A stretch of 64,000 nucleotides of DNA from Candidatus Eiseniibacteriota bacterium (lineage in GTDB: Bacteria; Eisenbacteria; RBG-16-71-46; CAVPCR01). Each line of letters opens with the position of its first letter. Position 1 is the first letter of the stretch. Positions 22,961 to 33,014 of this stretch are shown piece by piece. The position numbers and the translations under genes are program-made. Under the pieces are notes generated by a model. That model was not told where the DNA came from. It searched no databases and saw only the letters and a list, made by a program, of their open reading frames with translations. The stretch is from the NCBI GenBank assembly GCA_963702435.1, contig CAVPCR010000003.1, forward strand, positions 288,001 to 352,000, written 5' to 3'.

Positions 22961-25012
22961 ATGGAGACGGCCCCCCCGCCTCGAGACCATGGGTCCGCCC
23001 GGCCCGAACCGCCCGCGAGCATCGGGGTCGTGGGCAGATTCATCCCCCTGGCCGCCGCCCTTCTTGCCGCCCTCCTCCTCGCGACCCACGGCTGCGGCTC
23101 CGAAACGACCGGCGTGCGCTCCCCGAACGAGCCGCCGCAGATCCGCATCACCTCCGGTCCGCTCCGCGATTCTCTCCACAGCTACCGGGTGACCTTCCAG
23201 TGGACCGCGTTCGATCCCGATGGCGCCATCGCCGGGTTCGAATACACATTGCATGACACGACGGTTGCGGACTCCCTCCATGCGATCGCCGAGACGGCCG
23301 TCACCTTGCGCTTGCCCGTCGTCGAGGAGCTGTCCCGGGCCGCGCTCGACACGCTGGCTGCCAGTTACACCTTCAGCGTGCGCGCCCGGGACAACGAGGG
23401 ACTCCCGTCCGCCTTCGCGATCGCCACCTTCAACGCCTTCACGCTCGCGCCGGCAACGACCATCACGCTCCCCGATCCTCGCTTCTATCCGCGGGTGGGC
23501 ACCACCTTTCACGTGTTGTGGAACGGGATCGACGCGGACGGCGGCGGCGCCGCGCTCCGCTACTCACACCGGCTCGTCTGGGTGCCGCCGGAGAGCGCCG
23601 ACGTGGTGGACATCGGCCGGCTCGAGCGACCCGGCGGCGGGGCGCCGTGGACCGCCTACGCGGCGACGACAGAATCCCGCTACGAGGCCCTGCCGGAAGG
23701 CGCCTACCTCTTCGGGGTCCGGGCGCGCGATGAAGCGGGCGCCACCGAGCCCGATCTCTTGATCGGCGGGAACGTCGTCCGCCTGCGCGTGGTCGCCGAG
23801 CCCGGGCTCCCCACGCTCACGCTCTCGGCCAGCGGGAGAACAGTGGCTCTGCCGAGCGATGACGAGGAGGAGAAGACCTTCGCGATGATCGCGGGTCAGT
23901 ACACGCTCTTCACGGTCGCGGCGAGCGCCGCCGCCTACGCGGCGCAGATCGCTGAGCTCGCCTATGGCATCGATCTCGAGAGCATCGATCCCCGGGATCC
24001 GGGATGGCGTCCCTTCTCGGGGAACGAGCTCGCGCTCCGCCTCGACAATCCGCCCGGCGTCGAGGACACCACCCGCACCCTCTATCTCAAGGTGACCGAC
24101 TCGATCGGGCAGACTCTCGTCGCCGACGCCTTCCTCACGGTGTCGGCTCCCGACTTCTCGCGCGACATCCTCTATGTCGACGACATCGGACGCGACAGCC
24201 AGGGCAGCATCGCGTCGCCGACCGACATCGAACACGACCGCTTCGTGATGGACGTGCTCCTCGCCGAGGCGGGACGCCGCGGCCTTCGTCTCGACCAGTA
24301 CGAAGTGCAGGATCCCGACTACGGCTTGATCCGAGGCGCGCCCAGCCTCGCGACGCTCCGTCGCTACCGACTTCTGGTCTGGAGCGTGCGGGATTCGAAC
24401 AGCGGCCTCCAGACGCTGCCCCAGGCAGTAGCCGACTACATGGCGCTGGGCGGCCGGCTGTGGGTCTTCGGCAACACGGCCCTCGTGAACCTCGCCATCC
24501 CGCCGACCCCGAATCCCTACGGCTACGCGGCGGGAGAGCTGGGTTACGACATCCTCCACCTCGAGACCGAGCGCGACGGCAGCCAGATCGTGGCCGGCGG
24601 TATCTTGCTGGCCGGGCGGAACCTCCTGAGTCGCCGCATCGACGGCCTTGCTGCCGCCATCCCGACCCCCCGCGCGCTGGCCGAGGGCTGGCCGGCGCTT
24701 CCCGCCTCCCGCGAGCCGTTCAACGGGACGCTCGAGGGCATCCCCAGCTGTGAGGGGATGACGATCGGATACAGCCACGGATCGCGTCCCGGGCAATTCG
24801 ACACGCTTTATACGTTCCATCCCAACGGTGAGCGGTTGACGCCGCCGGCCCGCTCGCGCTTTCTGGATGCGCCCTGCGCCTTCCGCTACCGCGGTCCACA
24901 GGGCGGCAAGGTCGTTGCTCTCGCCTTCCCCGTGGACTGGTTCAGCGACGGCGCAGCCGACAGCCTGGGTCAGAGCGCGCTCCGCTGGTTCTTCGAGGAA
25001 GAGGCGCCGTGA
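22961..25012 (+). CDS. Large lipoprotein with Ig/fibronectin-III-like domains
   Basis: Hydrophobic stretch ending LATHG-C; repeated W...DxDG...Y...F.VRARD..G FN3-like modules. Confidence 0.7.
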   Translation: METAPPPRDHGSARPEPPASIGVVGRFIPLAAALLAALLLATHGCGSETTGVRSPNEPPQIRITSGPLRDSLHSYRVTFQWTAFDPDGAIAGFEYTLHDTTVADSLHAIAETAVTLRLPVVEELSRAALDTLAASYTFSVRARDNEGLPSAFAIATFNAFTLAPATTITLPDPRFYPRVGTTFHVLWNGIDADGGGAALRYSHRLVWVPPESADVVDIGRLERPGGGAPWTAYAATTESRYEALPEGAYLFGVRARDEAGATEPDLLIGGNVVRLRVVAEPGLPTLTLSASGRTVALPSDDEEEKTFAMIAGQYTLFTVAASAAAYAAQIAELAYGIDLESIDPRDPGWRPFSGNELALRLDNPPGVEDTTRTLYLKVTDSIGQTLVADAFLTVSAPDFSRDILYVDDIGRDSQGSIASPTDIEHDRFVMDVLLAEAGRRGLRLDQYEVQDPDYGLIRGAPSLATLRRYRLLVWSVRDSNSGLQTLPQAVADYMALGGRLWVFGNTALVNLAIPPTPNPYGYAAGELGYDILHLETERDGSQIVAGGILLAGRNLLSRRIDGLAAAIPTPRALAEGWPALPASREPFNGTLEGIPSCEGMTIGYSHGSRPGQFDTLYTFHPNGERLTPPARSRFLDAPCAFRYRGPQGGKVVALAFPVDWFSDGAADSLGQSALRWFFEEEAP

Positions 25013-27375
25013 TGAAGCGTCCGCTGCTCGCCTGGGTGATCGCAGCGATCGGCGCCCTCGGGGGGATGCCCTTCCCTGCCGGCGCCGTCCTCGAGCGCGC
25101 GGGCGAGCACGTGCACGACCGGGGAGCGTTCCGTCTCTTCATGACGAACTTCGGAGTGCTCGGCAACCAGTCCTATCCCTCGTTCTCGGATCTCCCCTCC
25201 CTCGAGTGGCCGGCGGGCTCGGCGAACGAGTACCTGAACGACGCAGGATTGTGGATCGGGGCGCGGGACCGCCGGGGCAACGTGGCCGGCGTCTCGACGG
25301 CGGCCCCGGTGAGCGAGCTCCGGCCCGAGCTCGATGACGCCGCGCACATCTTCGAGAGCTTCGACGGGGCGCCGGGCACGCGCCGGCTCGGCACCACGCA
25401 GACGGTGGCCGAGGCCGACGACGACGCCGACGGCGACCTGGATGAGGAGTTCCTGAACGGGCGCGACGATGACTTGGACGGCCGGATCGACGAGGACTAC
25501 GTGGCGATCGGCGAGCAGACCTTCGCCTGCGAGTACCGGGACGACACGCCGGAGGCCGCAGCCCAGCTCCTGGCGCACCGCCCGCTCCACGTGGCCGTGC
25601 GCCAGCTGAGCTTCACGTGGACCGAGGGGATCGGCGCCCTCGACCGCTCCGCGGTCGTCCGCTACGAGATCGAGAACACCGGCGACGCCTCCCTCTACGA
25701 CGTCTACCTCGGCTTCTACGTGGATCCCGACGTCGGACCGAAGGCGAGCGCCAACTACTGGCGGGACGATCGCTACAGCGTCGAAACGATCGCCGGCGGC
25801 TTCCCCACACGGGGCGCCGCGATCGTGCCCGGGTGCGGAGCGATTCCCTACGAGCGCATCGTCGCGATCGTCGAGGACGCGCCGGACGGGACCGGCGGCG
25901 CGGCGGGTGGCGATGCACCGGGACTCATCGCCGCCTTCATCCTCGATCACACCACCCAGCGCTGGGGGTTCCGGGCGCCGGAGGAGATCGGGACGAGCGC
26001 AGTCGTCCATCTCGCCGGCCGCGCCTTCCGCGACGCGACGCGGGAGGATCTGGCCGATCAGGAGAAGTACGCGCTCATGCAGTCGAAGCAGGTGATGGGC
26101 GATCTCCGGGTCGACGACCACCGTTTCGTCCTCGTCGCCGGTCCCTATGCCGAGCTTCCTCCGAGGAGCTCGCTCGCGTTCTCGGTGGCGCTCGTCCTGG
26201 CGCGCGATCGCAACGAGCTCGCGGCGACCGTCTCGGACCTTGTCTCCGAGTTCCACGGGCGGTGGCTCAACCTGGACGAGAACCCTGCCACCGGGCGGAA
26301 TGGCGAGGAGACCTGTCTCCTGCCTGACGAGGCGCGCTTCTGCGGATTCACGCCGTTCCGCGTCGACCACGACTGCGACGAGCTCGAGACGCCCGCGCGC
26401 GCGCACGGCGGCTGCCGGAACACGGTCATCCAGACCCGCTGCCCCCACCTCGGGCTGGATGCGCTCTGCAGCAACCGTCTCCTCATCCTCTCGTCGCGCT
26501 GCACGTACGTCAACTTCGACTGCGATCCCTGCACACCGGCGAATCGGGGCGGCGAGGCGCTCGTCCGCTGGGCAGGCACGGCGACGCACGTGAGCTCGCA
26601 ACCGCTCGCGAAACAGGTGACGCCCGGCGACCGCGTGGCCACGGTCGAGTGGGACAACGCCGCCGAGCTCCCGACCGCGGCTCGCACGCTCCCCGCCGTG
26701 GTCGGATACCGGGTCTGGCGGGCGACCGGGTTCACGCGCGCCCCCGGCGCCAGCGGACCCACGAGCGGGAGCTGGGAGCTCGTCGCCGAGCTGCCGCTCC
26801 CCGGCAGCGACCTGCCGCCTCCGGCAACGCCCTTCATCGTCGAGGGAACGCCGGTCATCGGCACGGTGCCGGGCCCCGGCGACTCCCTCTACGCGCACTA
26901 CGCGGTCGGGCGCTATCGCTTCACGGATACCGAGGTCCAGAACGGGTACGCCGCCTTCCACGACGTGACTCCGTTCACACTGGTCGAAGACGGCGGAGTG
27001 ACGGTGATCGAGAGCCTCGCGCCGCGCGCGCAAAGCGGCGACGAGGTCTTTCCCGTCGAGGCAGCAAGCGGCGGCGGCATCCGCGTCGTGCCCAATCCCT
27101 ACCTCGCGCACGCGCCGTGGGATCTCGAGCCGAACCGCACCGATCCCTCGGGCCGGAAGATCCTCTTCTCCGGACTCCCGGCCGCACCCGCGCGCATCGA
27201 TATCTTCACCCTCGCCGGGGATCGGGTGCGCACGCTCGAGCACGATGGCCAGAGCGGCAGCGCGGCCTGGGATCTCCTCTCGAAGAACGGGCAGCCGGTG
27301 GCGCCGGGCATCTATCTCTACCAGGTCGAGGCACCCGGGCTCGCCGAGCGCGGCAAGCTGGTGATCGTCAAATGA
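25009..27375 (+). CDS. Secreted protein with a T9SS-like (FlgD-Ig) C-terminal domain
   Basis: Signal peptide; DDDADGDLDE/DDDLDGRIDED acidic repeats; C-terminus IRVVPNPY...IFTLAGDRVRTL...WDLLSKNGQPVAPGIYLY...GKLVIVK. Confidence 0.75.
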   Translation: MMKRPLLAWVIAAIGALGGMPFPAGAVLERAGEHVHDRGAFRLFMTNFGVLGNQSYPSFSDLPSLEWPAGSANEYLNDAGLWIGARDRRGNVAGVSTAAPVSELRPELDDAAHIFESFDGAPGTRRLGTTQTVAEADDDADGDLDEEFLNGRDDDLDGRIDEDYVAIGEQTFACEYRDDTPEAAAQLLAHRPLHVAVRQLSFTWTEGIGALDRSAVVRYEIENTGDASLYDVYLGFYVDPDVGPKASANYWRDDRYSVETIAGGFPTRGAAIVPGCGAIPYERIVAIVEDAPDGTGGAAGGDAPGLIAAFILDHTTQRWGFRAPEEIGTSAVVHLAGRAFRDATREDLADQEKYALMQSKQVMGDLRVDDHRFVLVAGPYAELPPRSSLAFSVALVLARDRNELAATVSDLVSEFHGRWLNLDENPATGRNGEETCLLPDEARFCGFTPFRVDHDCDELETPARAHGGCRNTVIQTRCPHLGLDALCSNRLLILSSRCTYVNFDCDPCTPANRGGEALVRWAGTATHVSSQPLAKQVTPGDRVATVEWDNAAELPTAARTLPAVVGYRVWRATGFTRAPGASGPTSGSWELVAELPLPGSDLPPPATPFIVEGTPVIGTVPGPGDSLYAHYAVGRYRFTDTEVQNGYAAFHDVTPFTLVEDGGVTVIESLAPRAQSGDEVFPVEAASGGGIRVVPNPYLAHAPWDLEPNRTDPSGRKILFSGLPAAPARIDIFTLAGDRVRTLEHDGQSGSAAWDLLSKNGQPVAPGIYLYQVEAPGLAERGKLVIVK

Positions 27376-28775
27376 GCGCGCGACGTCAAATGAGCGCGCG
27401 ACGTCACCACCTCGCCGCCGGCATCGCCCTCGCTCTGGCCGCCATCGCATGCGGCGACGACGGCTCCGATCCCGCCGTCGATCGCGATCCGCCGCGCCTC
27501 CTCACGCTGTCGCCGGCCGACGGCGCGACCGCCGTCGCGGCGGCGAGCGTCGTCCGCGCCGCCTTCTCGGAGCCCGTTGTCCTCGACACGCTCGGTCCGG
27601 CACCGATCCGGGTGACCGGCCCGGCCGGCCCGGTGCCCGGGCGAATCGCCGCGGACTCGACGGGATCGATCCTCACCTTCGAGCCCGCGGACTCCCTCGC
27701 CCCGGCGAGCGACTATCGCGCCGTCGTCGCGGGCGGCATCTCCGATCCATCCGGAAACGTCACCACCGACTCGACCGCCGCCCGCTTCACGACGGCGCTC
27801 GAGTTCTACACGATCGGACGCCTCGTCACCGCCAACACGATCTCCTGGAACCTGAGCGTGCTCGACATCCTCACCTACGAACCCGTGCCCGGGTCCCCCG
27901 TGCCGATCGCAGGTCGCCCCGTGCGCCTCGCTCCGGTGCCCGAGTGGGGCGAGGTCTTCGTCCTCTACCGGAGCGGGCTCGATTCGGGGGTGCTCGTCCT
28001 CGATGGCCGCTCGCTGGCCGTCGTCCGCGACACGGGGCCGGTCTTCGCCGGCGAGGCCACCGATCTCGCGGTGAGCGCTGCGGAATCGATCTTCTTCGTG
28101 TCGGTGCCGTCGGCCAACGCGCTCTTCGTCCACGACGCGCGCGCGATGGGCGAGCTCGCCGCCCCGATCGTCTTCACGAGGGCGGGCGCGAACCCCGTGC
28201 GCCTCGCGATCGCCGAGCGCTTTGGCTGGGTCCTCGTGGGGCTCGATGGCGGAGCGCAGCTCGGCGCCTATGCCCTGCCCTCGCTCGACGCGGTCGCGGG
28301 CTTTCCCGCTCCCGCCGTGAGTCGCATCAATGCCGTGGCGGTGGACGAGGCCCGGGCCCGCGCCTGGGTGGGAGGAGGCCAGCGCTACGCGGTCGTCGAC
28401 CTCGTGAATCCCGCGCGCACGGTCTCCTTCGCCTGGCCGACCATGCGCTCCTGCCTCCCGCCGATGTGCGAGACGCTCGGGCGCTGCATCCTGCTCGCAC
28501 CGGCGTACGATCGCGTCTATTTCCTGAATGTGAGGGACGCGATCGCCGCGCTGGCGCTCACGAACCTGGACGTCGGGACCTCGATCGATGAGCGCCTGCC
28601 GGGGTTCCAGGCCGACATCGCGCTCAACCCGCGCTCCGGGGAGCTGATCGCCGTGGATACGCAGAGCGTCTCGGGAAGTCTCCGCCGGCTCGACCCGTGG
28701 ACCCTGCGCGCATTGGGCTTCGAGGCGTTCCCGGTGGGCGGGGGCGGAGTGTCGGACATGGCGGTGCTGCCCTAG
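27372..28775 (+). CDS. Lipoprotein with a bacterial Ig-like (Big_5) domain and YncE-like beta-propeller
   Basis: Lipobox LAAIA-C; SPADGATAV...FSEP...LTFEP...Y.AVV...DPSGN; repeated propeller-like strands. Alternative ATG at 27390. Confidence 0.7.
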   Translation: MSARRQMSARRHHLAAGIALALAAIACGDDGSDPAVDRDPPRLLTLSPADGATAVAAASVVRAAFSEPVVLDTLGPAPIRVTGPAGPVPGRIAADSTGSILTFEPADSLAPASDYRAVVAGGISDPSGNVTTDSTAARFTTALEFYTIGRLVTANTISWNLSVLDILTYEPVPGSPVPIAGRPVRLAPVPEWGEVFVLYRSGLDSGVLVLDGRSLAVVRDTGPVFAGEATDLAVSAAESIFFVSVPSANALFVHDARAMGELAAPIVFTRAGANPVRLAIAERFGWVLVGLDGGAQLGAYALPSLDAVAGFPAPAVSRINAVAVDEARARAWVGGGQRYAVVDLVNPARTVSFAWPTMRSCLPPMCETLGRCILLAPAYDRVYFLNVRDAIAALALTNLDVGTSIDERLPGFQADIALNPRSGELIAVDTQSVSGSLRRLDPWTLRALGFEAFPVGGGGVSDMAVLP

Positions 28776-28796
28776 GCGTGAGGGGGGACCGATGCG

Positions 28797-31527
28797 ATGA
28801 AACCCGAGCTGATCCCGCGGATCCTCGCCGCGCTCGGCATCGTGGCCGGTCTTCTCGGCGCCGGCACGCTCCGGCCGCCGGGCGCGGCGGCGGCCGAGGG
28901 CGACTCGGAGAACGAAGCGCCGCCTGTGAGCTCGGCGCTCGCGCAGATCGCCGGCACCGCGATCTCGGCCGAGACCGGACAGCCGATCCCCGGCGCGAGC
29001 GTGACCATCGCCGGCACCCGCTACGGCGCTGCCGCCGACGAGAACGGGCGGTTCCTCGTTCCAGCTCCCCGCCGGCACCTACACGGTCGAGGCCAGCTCG
29101 ATCGGCTTCGTCACCGATCGCCGCCGGAACATCGTCGCCCGCCTCGGCAGCCGCACGCGCGTCGACTTCCGCCTCGCCCGCGGCGAGGACATCCTCCTCG
29201 CCCCGATCGAGGTCCAGAACCCCTACGAGCTCATCCAGCCCGAGAGCTCGACCAGCCGCCGCGTGATCCGCGGTGACGACGCGCGCTCGATCCCCATCGA
29301 GGACATGCTCGAGGCGATCAGGCTCACGCCCGGCGTGGTCTCGACGGCCGGCGAGCTCCACTTCCGCGGCGGGCGTTCGGGAGAGGTCCTCTACCAGCTC
29401 GACGGCATCCCGGTGCGCGATCCGCTCGAGTCGACGCCCTTCACCATCTCGACCATCGCCCTCGCCGAGAGCGAGGTCCTGACCGGCGGCTTCGACGCAG
29501 AGTACGGGAATGCCCAATCGGGCATCGTCGAGATGACCACCCGCGACGGCGGCGAGAAGTTCGCCGGCGAGGTGTCCTACGAGACCGACGACTACGGCGC
29601 GCCCGATCGCACATTCACCAACTTCGATCGCATCGCGCTCGGCCTGGGCGGCCCGCTCGGGCTCCATGGACTCACCTTCTTCGCCTCCTATGAAGGCACC
29701 TTCGACGACACCTACTTGAAGACGTCCGAGGAGCGGAGCTCGCACACGGTCCTCGACTTCATCTCGCTCGGCGAGCGCCAGTCGAGCGCGACGCGCTGGA
29801 CCGGCAAGGTGACCTACCGCCTGCCCAACCGGCGCGACCGGGTGAGCTTCGAGACCGTTGAGAACCTCCTGGGCTACGACCAGTACCTCCACGCCTGGAG
29901 CCGCACCGGCTACGTGCAGATGCGCGAGGACCTGGACGCCGAGGGGAACCCGATCACCGTCTTCGGCCCCTGGTCCTCGACCCGGCTCGATTCGACCTAT
30001 GTGCCCTATGACGGGCCGGCCCACACGCCGGACCATGACGATCGCGTCACCCTGGCCAAGCTGACGTGGGGCCGCCAGGGCGAGAAGACGAACATCGAAA
30101 CCCGGTTCGGCTATCTCCGGACGATCGCCACCGCCGCGGTCAACGGCCAGCGCCCCGAGGACTACAGCGTCTCCTATCCCGATTACTGGAGCGGGAACTT
30201 GGACGAGGGCTTCTACTACGCGACGCACGGCGACTACCCGTACTACTCCGACCGCTCGAGCGAGGTGTGGATGCTGCGTGGCGATCTCGCCCGGGTCGGC
30301 GAGAAGCACACGGCCAAGGGCGGCTACCTCCTGCAGCTGAACCGCCTCGAGCTGTTGCAGCTCGATTTCCCGAACGAGGTCAACGCCGACGGCACGCAGG
30401 GCCGCTTCCGCTCCGAGCTCGCCATCGACAACCCGGAAGGGAGCTTCTACGTCCAGGATCAGTGGCGCCACCAGGGACTGGTCGTCAACGCCGGGCTCCG
30501 CTACGACTTCTTCTCGCTCGGGAACGCGTTCGACGAGCTCGCGGCCGACGAGCGCGTGCGCGACCAGTGGAGCCCGCGACTCGGCATCGCCTTCCCGATC
30601 TCGGATCGCGACGCGATGAGCTTCCACTACGGGCGCTACTTCCAGGTGCCCGACCGCCGGTTCATCTTCGAGGAGCGGGACTCGAACGTGCGGATTCGCG
30701 GCAATCTGAATCTCGAACCCGAGGTCACGGTGGCCTATCAGGCCGGAATCCAGCACCTGATCACCGGGAATCTCGCCTTCACCGGCACCCTCTTCTTCAA
30801 GGACATCTTCGGCCTCCTGACCACCGAGCGGCGCGAGATCCCCGGTTATGTCGAGCTCGTGGACGTGTGGGTGAACCAGGACTTCGCGAGCGTGCGCGGG
30901 CTCGAGCTCGGCCTCCGGCAGCGCTCCGGGGCGCCGCTCTGGGGCGAGATCGCCTACACGTTGAGCCGCGCCACCGGGGTGGCCTCGAGCGCCGAGGAGC
31001 GCTTCGAGAACCAGGATGTCGAGACCTCCCGCGCCGCCGAGGAGCGTCCGCTCGACTGGGACCAGCGGCACACCCTGAATGCCACGATCCACGTCGGCTA
31101 TCCGGGGGACTGGATCGTGACCACGGTCGCGACCTACGGCTCCGGCCTCCCCTACACGCCGATCCCGCTCGGGGAGCGCACCCAGCGCACGGCCGAGGAG
31201 ATCAACTCGGCGCGCTTGCCGTCGACCTTCCGGGTGGATGCCGATTTCACCAAGCACTTCGGCCTCTGGAGCCAGCGCTTCACGTTCTCGCTCCGCGCCT
31301 ACAACCTGCTCGACTCGCAGGACATCCGCGAGCTCGCCCCCGATAACTCACCGCACGCCTTCGTCGGACCCGAGGACTACGTGATCTACTACACCGAGAC
31401 CGGGCAGGCCGGGGGCGCCGCGATCGACGCCACCGAGGCGGGCGGCACCCAGTTCATCCCGCTCGACGATCCGCGCGTCTGGGAGCGCGGCCGCGTGATC
31501 CGCTTCGGTGTCGGCTGGGCGTTCTGA
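28797..31527 (+). CDS. TonB-dependent outer-membrane receptor with N-terminal carboxypeptidase-like domain; frameshift near 29070
   Basis: TGQPIPGASV; plug LHFRGGRSGEVLYQLDG, GGFDAEYGNAQSG; NAGLRYD, SPRLGIAFP, NLNLEPE; terminal FGVGWAF beta-signal. Confidence 0.88.
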
Positions 31528-31695
31528 AGCTCCCCCCGTTCGCGACGCAAACAGCCCCGGGGCTGCGGGCTCATCGGGGCGTTCGTGGTGGGCTGCGCCG
31601 AGGTGATCGCGCCGACGACCCGGTGAGGGATCAATCTCCGCTCTCGGGGCTGAGCGCACATGACGGCGGGCGACGGGACCGACGCCGGTCGCCTA

Positions 31696-31704
31696 TGGTA
31701 TGAT
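31696..31704 (+). promoter_or_regulatory. Putative extended -10 promoter element (TGnTATGAT)
   Basis: TGGTATGAT in a GC-rich intergenic region about 135 nt upstream of the 31838 gene. Confidence 0.35.
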
Positions 31705-31837
31705 CTCATCAGATGGGTTCCCGCGAGCGCGAAGCGCGCGGACCTCCCGCGCCATGACCGCGTTCGCCACCTGCGCCGCCGCCCGACCCCCTTGGGTTCG
31801 GGGCCTGATGCGGCTCACCAGCGGAGGGATACACCCC

Positions 31838-32722
31838 ATGAATCGTTGGCTATCGCTCCTCGCCCTCGTGGCGCTCGCCGCGAGCCTGGCGGCCGCTGCA
31901 TCGGCCGAGGTCGTCGTGCTCATGCCGGAGTCGACCAACAAGACCGTCCAGAAGTTCGACCCCAATACCGGGACCCACCTCGGCACCTTCCTCGGCCCCG
32001 ACGATGCGAACCTCACGACCCCGCAGGACTGCGAAGTGAATGCGACCGGCGTTCTCGTCTCCGATCAGGTAGACGACGCCATCCGGCAGTACAACTTCGC
32101 CGGCAGCTTCCTCGGCACCTTCGCGAGCCCGATCGACAATCTGCGCTGCATCACCGCCTTTAACGGCAAGATCTATGCCACGGCGAGCACGCGCGATGCC
32201 ATCGAGCAGTACGACCTGAATACCGGGACGCCCCTCGGCGACTTCATCGCGCCCGGGGTCGGCGGCCTGAACGGCCCCTGGGACATCCTCTTCCGCCGGG
32301 AAGGCGACGTCCTTGTCACCTCGATCGACTCGGACAACATCCTTCGCTACGACTTGAACGGGAACCCGCTCGGCGTCTTCGCCGCGGGCTTCCCCTTCGG
32401 CGAGCAGATGTTCCAGGCAGCGAACGGCAACATCCTGGTCGCCGACTTCACCCGCAACGTGATCGCCGAGCTCGACCCGAGCGGCACGGAGATCCGCGCC
32501 CTGACCGGCGTCGGTGGCCCCCGCGGCTGCTACGAGCTCGCCAACGGGAACGTCCTCACGACGAACGGGAGCGGGGTGCACGAGGTCGACCGCATCGCCG
32601 GCGGCATCGTCAGCACCAAGCTCTCGGGCGTGAGCGCCCGCATGCTCGCGCGGGTGAACATCGAACCGCCGGTCGCCGTCGAGCCGGCCACCTGGGGCGG
32701 GATCAAGGCCCAGTTCAAGTAG
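31838..32722 (+). CDS. Secreted beta-propeller (NHL/Vgb-like) protein with C-terminal EPATWGGIK tail
   Basis: Sec signal (..AAASA); repeats such as YDLNTGTPLGDF, GGLNGPWDILF, NILRYD; ends VAVEPATWGGIKAQFK. Confidence 0.8.
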   Translation: MNRWLSLLALVALAASLAAAASAEVVVLMPESTNKTVQKFDPNTGTHLGTFLGPDDANLTTPQDCEVNATGVLVSDQVDDAIRQYNFAGSFLGTFASPIDNLRCITAFNGKIYATASTRDAIEQYDLNTGTPLGDFIAPGVGGLNGPWDILFRREGDVLVTSIDSDNILRYDLNGNPLGVFAAGFPFGEQMFQAANGNILVADFTRNVIAELDPSGTEIRALTGVGGPRGCYELANGNVLTTNGSGVHEVDRIAGGIVSTKLSGVSARMLARVNIEPPVAVEPATWGGIKAQFK

Positions 32723-32755
32723 GAGCACGTAGAAATACGCCAAGCTGCTGCGAGC

Positions 32756-32789
32756 AAAGGGCATCGCCCCGCCGGGGCGATGCCCTTTT
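32756..32789 (+). terminator. Rho-independent terminator
   Basis: AAAGGGCATCGCCCC-GCC-GGGGCGATGCCCTTTT, a perfect inverted repeat just after the 32722 stop. Confidence 0.85.
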
Positions 32790-33014
32790 CGATTGCCTGT
32801 CTCCTGGCTCGCGGTGACCCGAGGCAGGATGTCAGCGATAAAGCGCGGCCCCGGGAAACTTTTCGTATTCCCAGTGGGTTTCAGGGTGTATGGTGCAATT
32901 GTAATCAATGAGTGCTGTCGCGTCGGAGGCGCCCGGTCGCCACGACGACGCGGGATTCATCCCCCGCCGTTACAAATTCCCGGTGATGGCCCGCACGGAC
33001 GCCAGGGGGGTCCC

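Noticed and set aside
29040..29100. Single frameshifts in the TonB receptor (and likewise in HAO ~15434, pccB ~42736, scoA ~61845) as phase variation
   Set aside because: No long homopolymer or SSR at the sites; same error type as in the clp/lon region. Needs read-level confirmation.
28624..31257. Long antisense ORFs (for example 877 aa here; also 11184-13493, 24970-27450, 57567-59783)
   Set aside because: These are shadow ORFs opposite well-supported genes, expected at very high GC; they show no recognisable motifs.
31530..31690. Possible structured RNA or riboswitch after the TonB receptor gene
   Set aside because: Only short GC-rich palindromes are present, and I could not recognise cobalamin, TPP or other riboswitch consensus elements.
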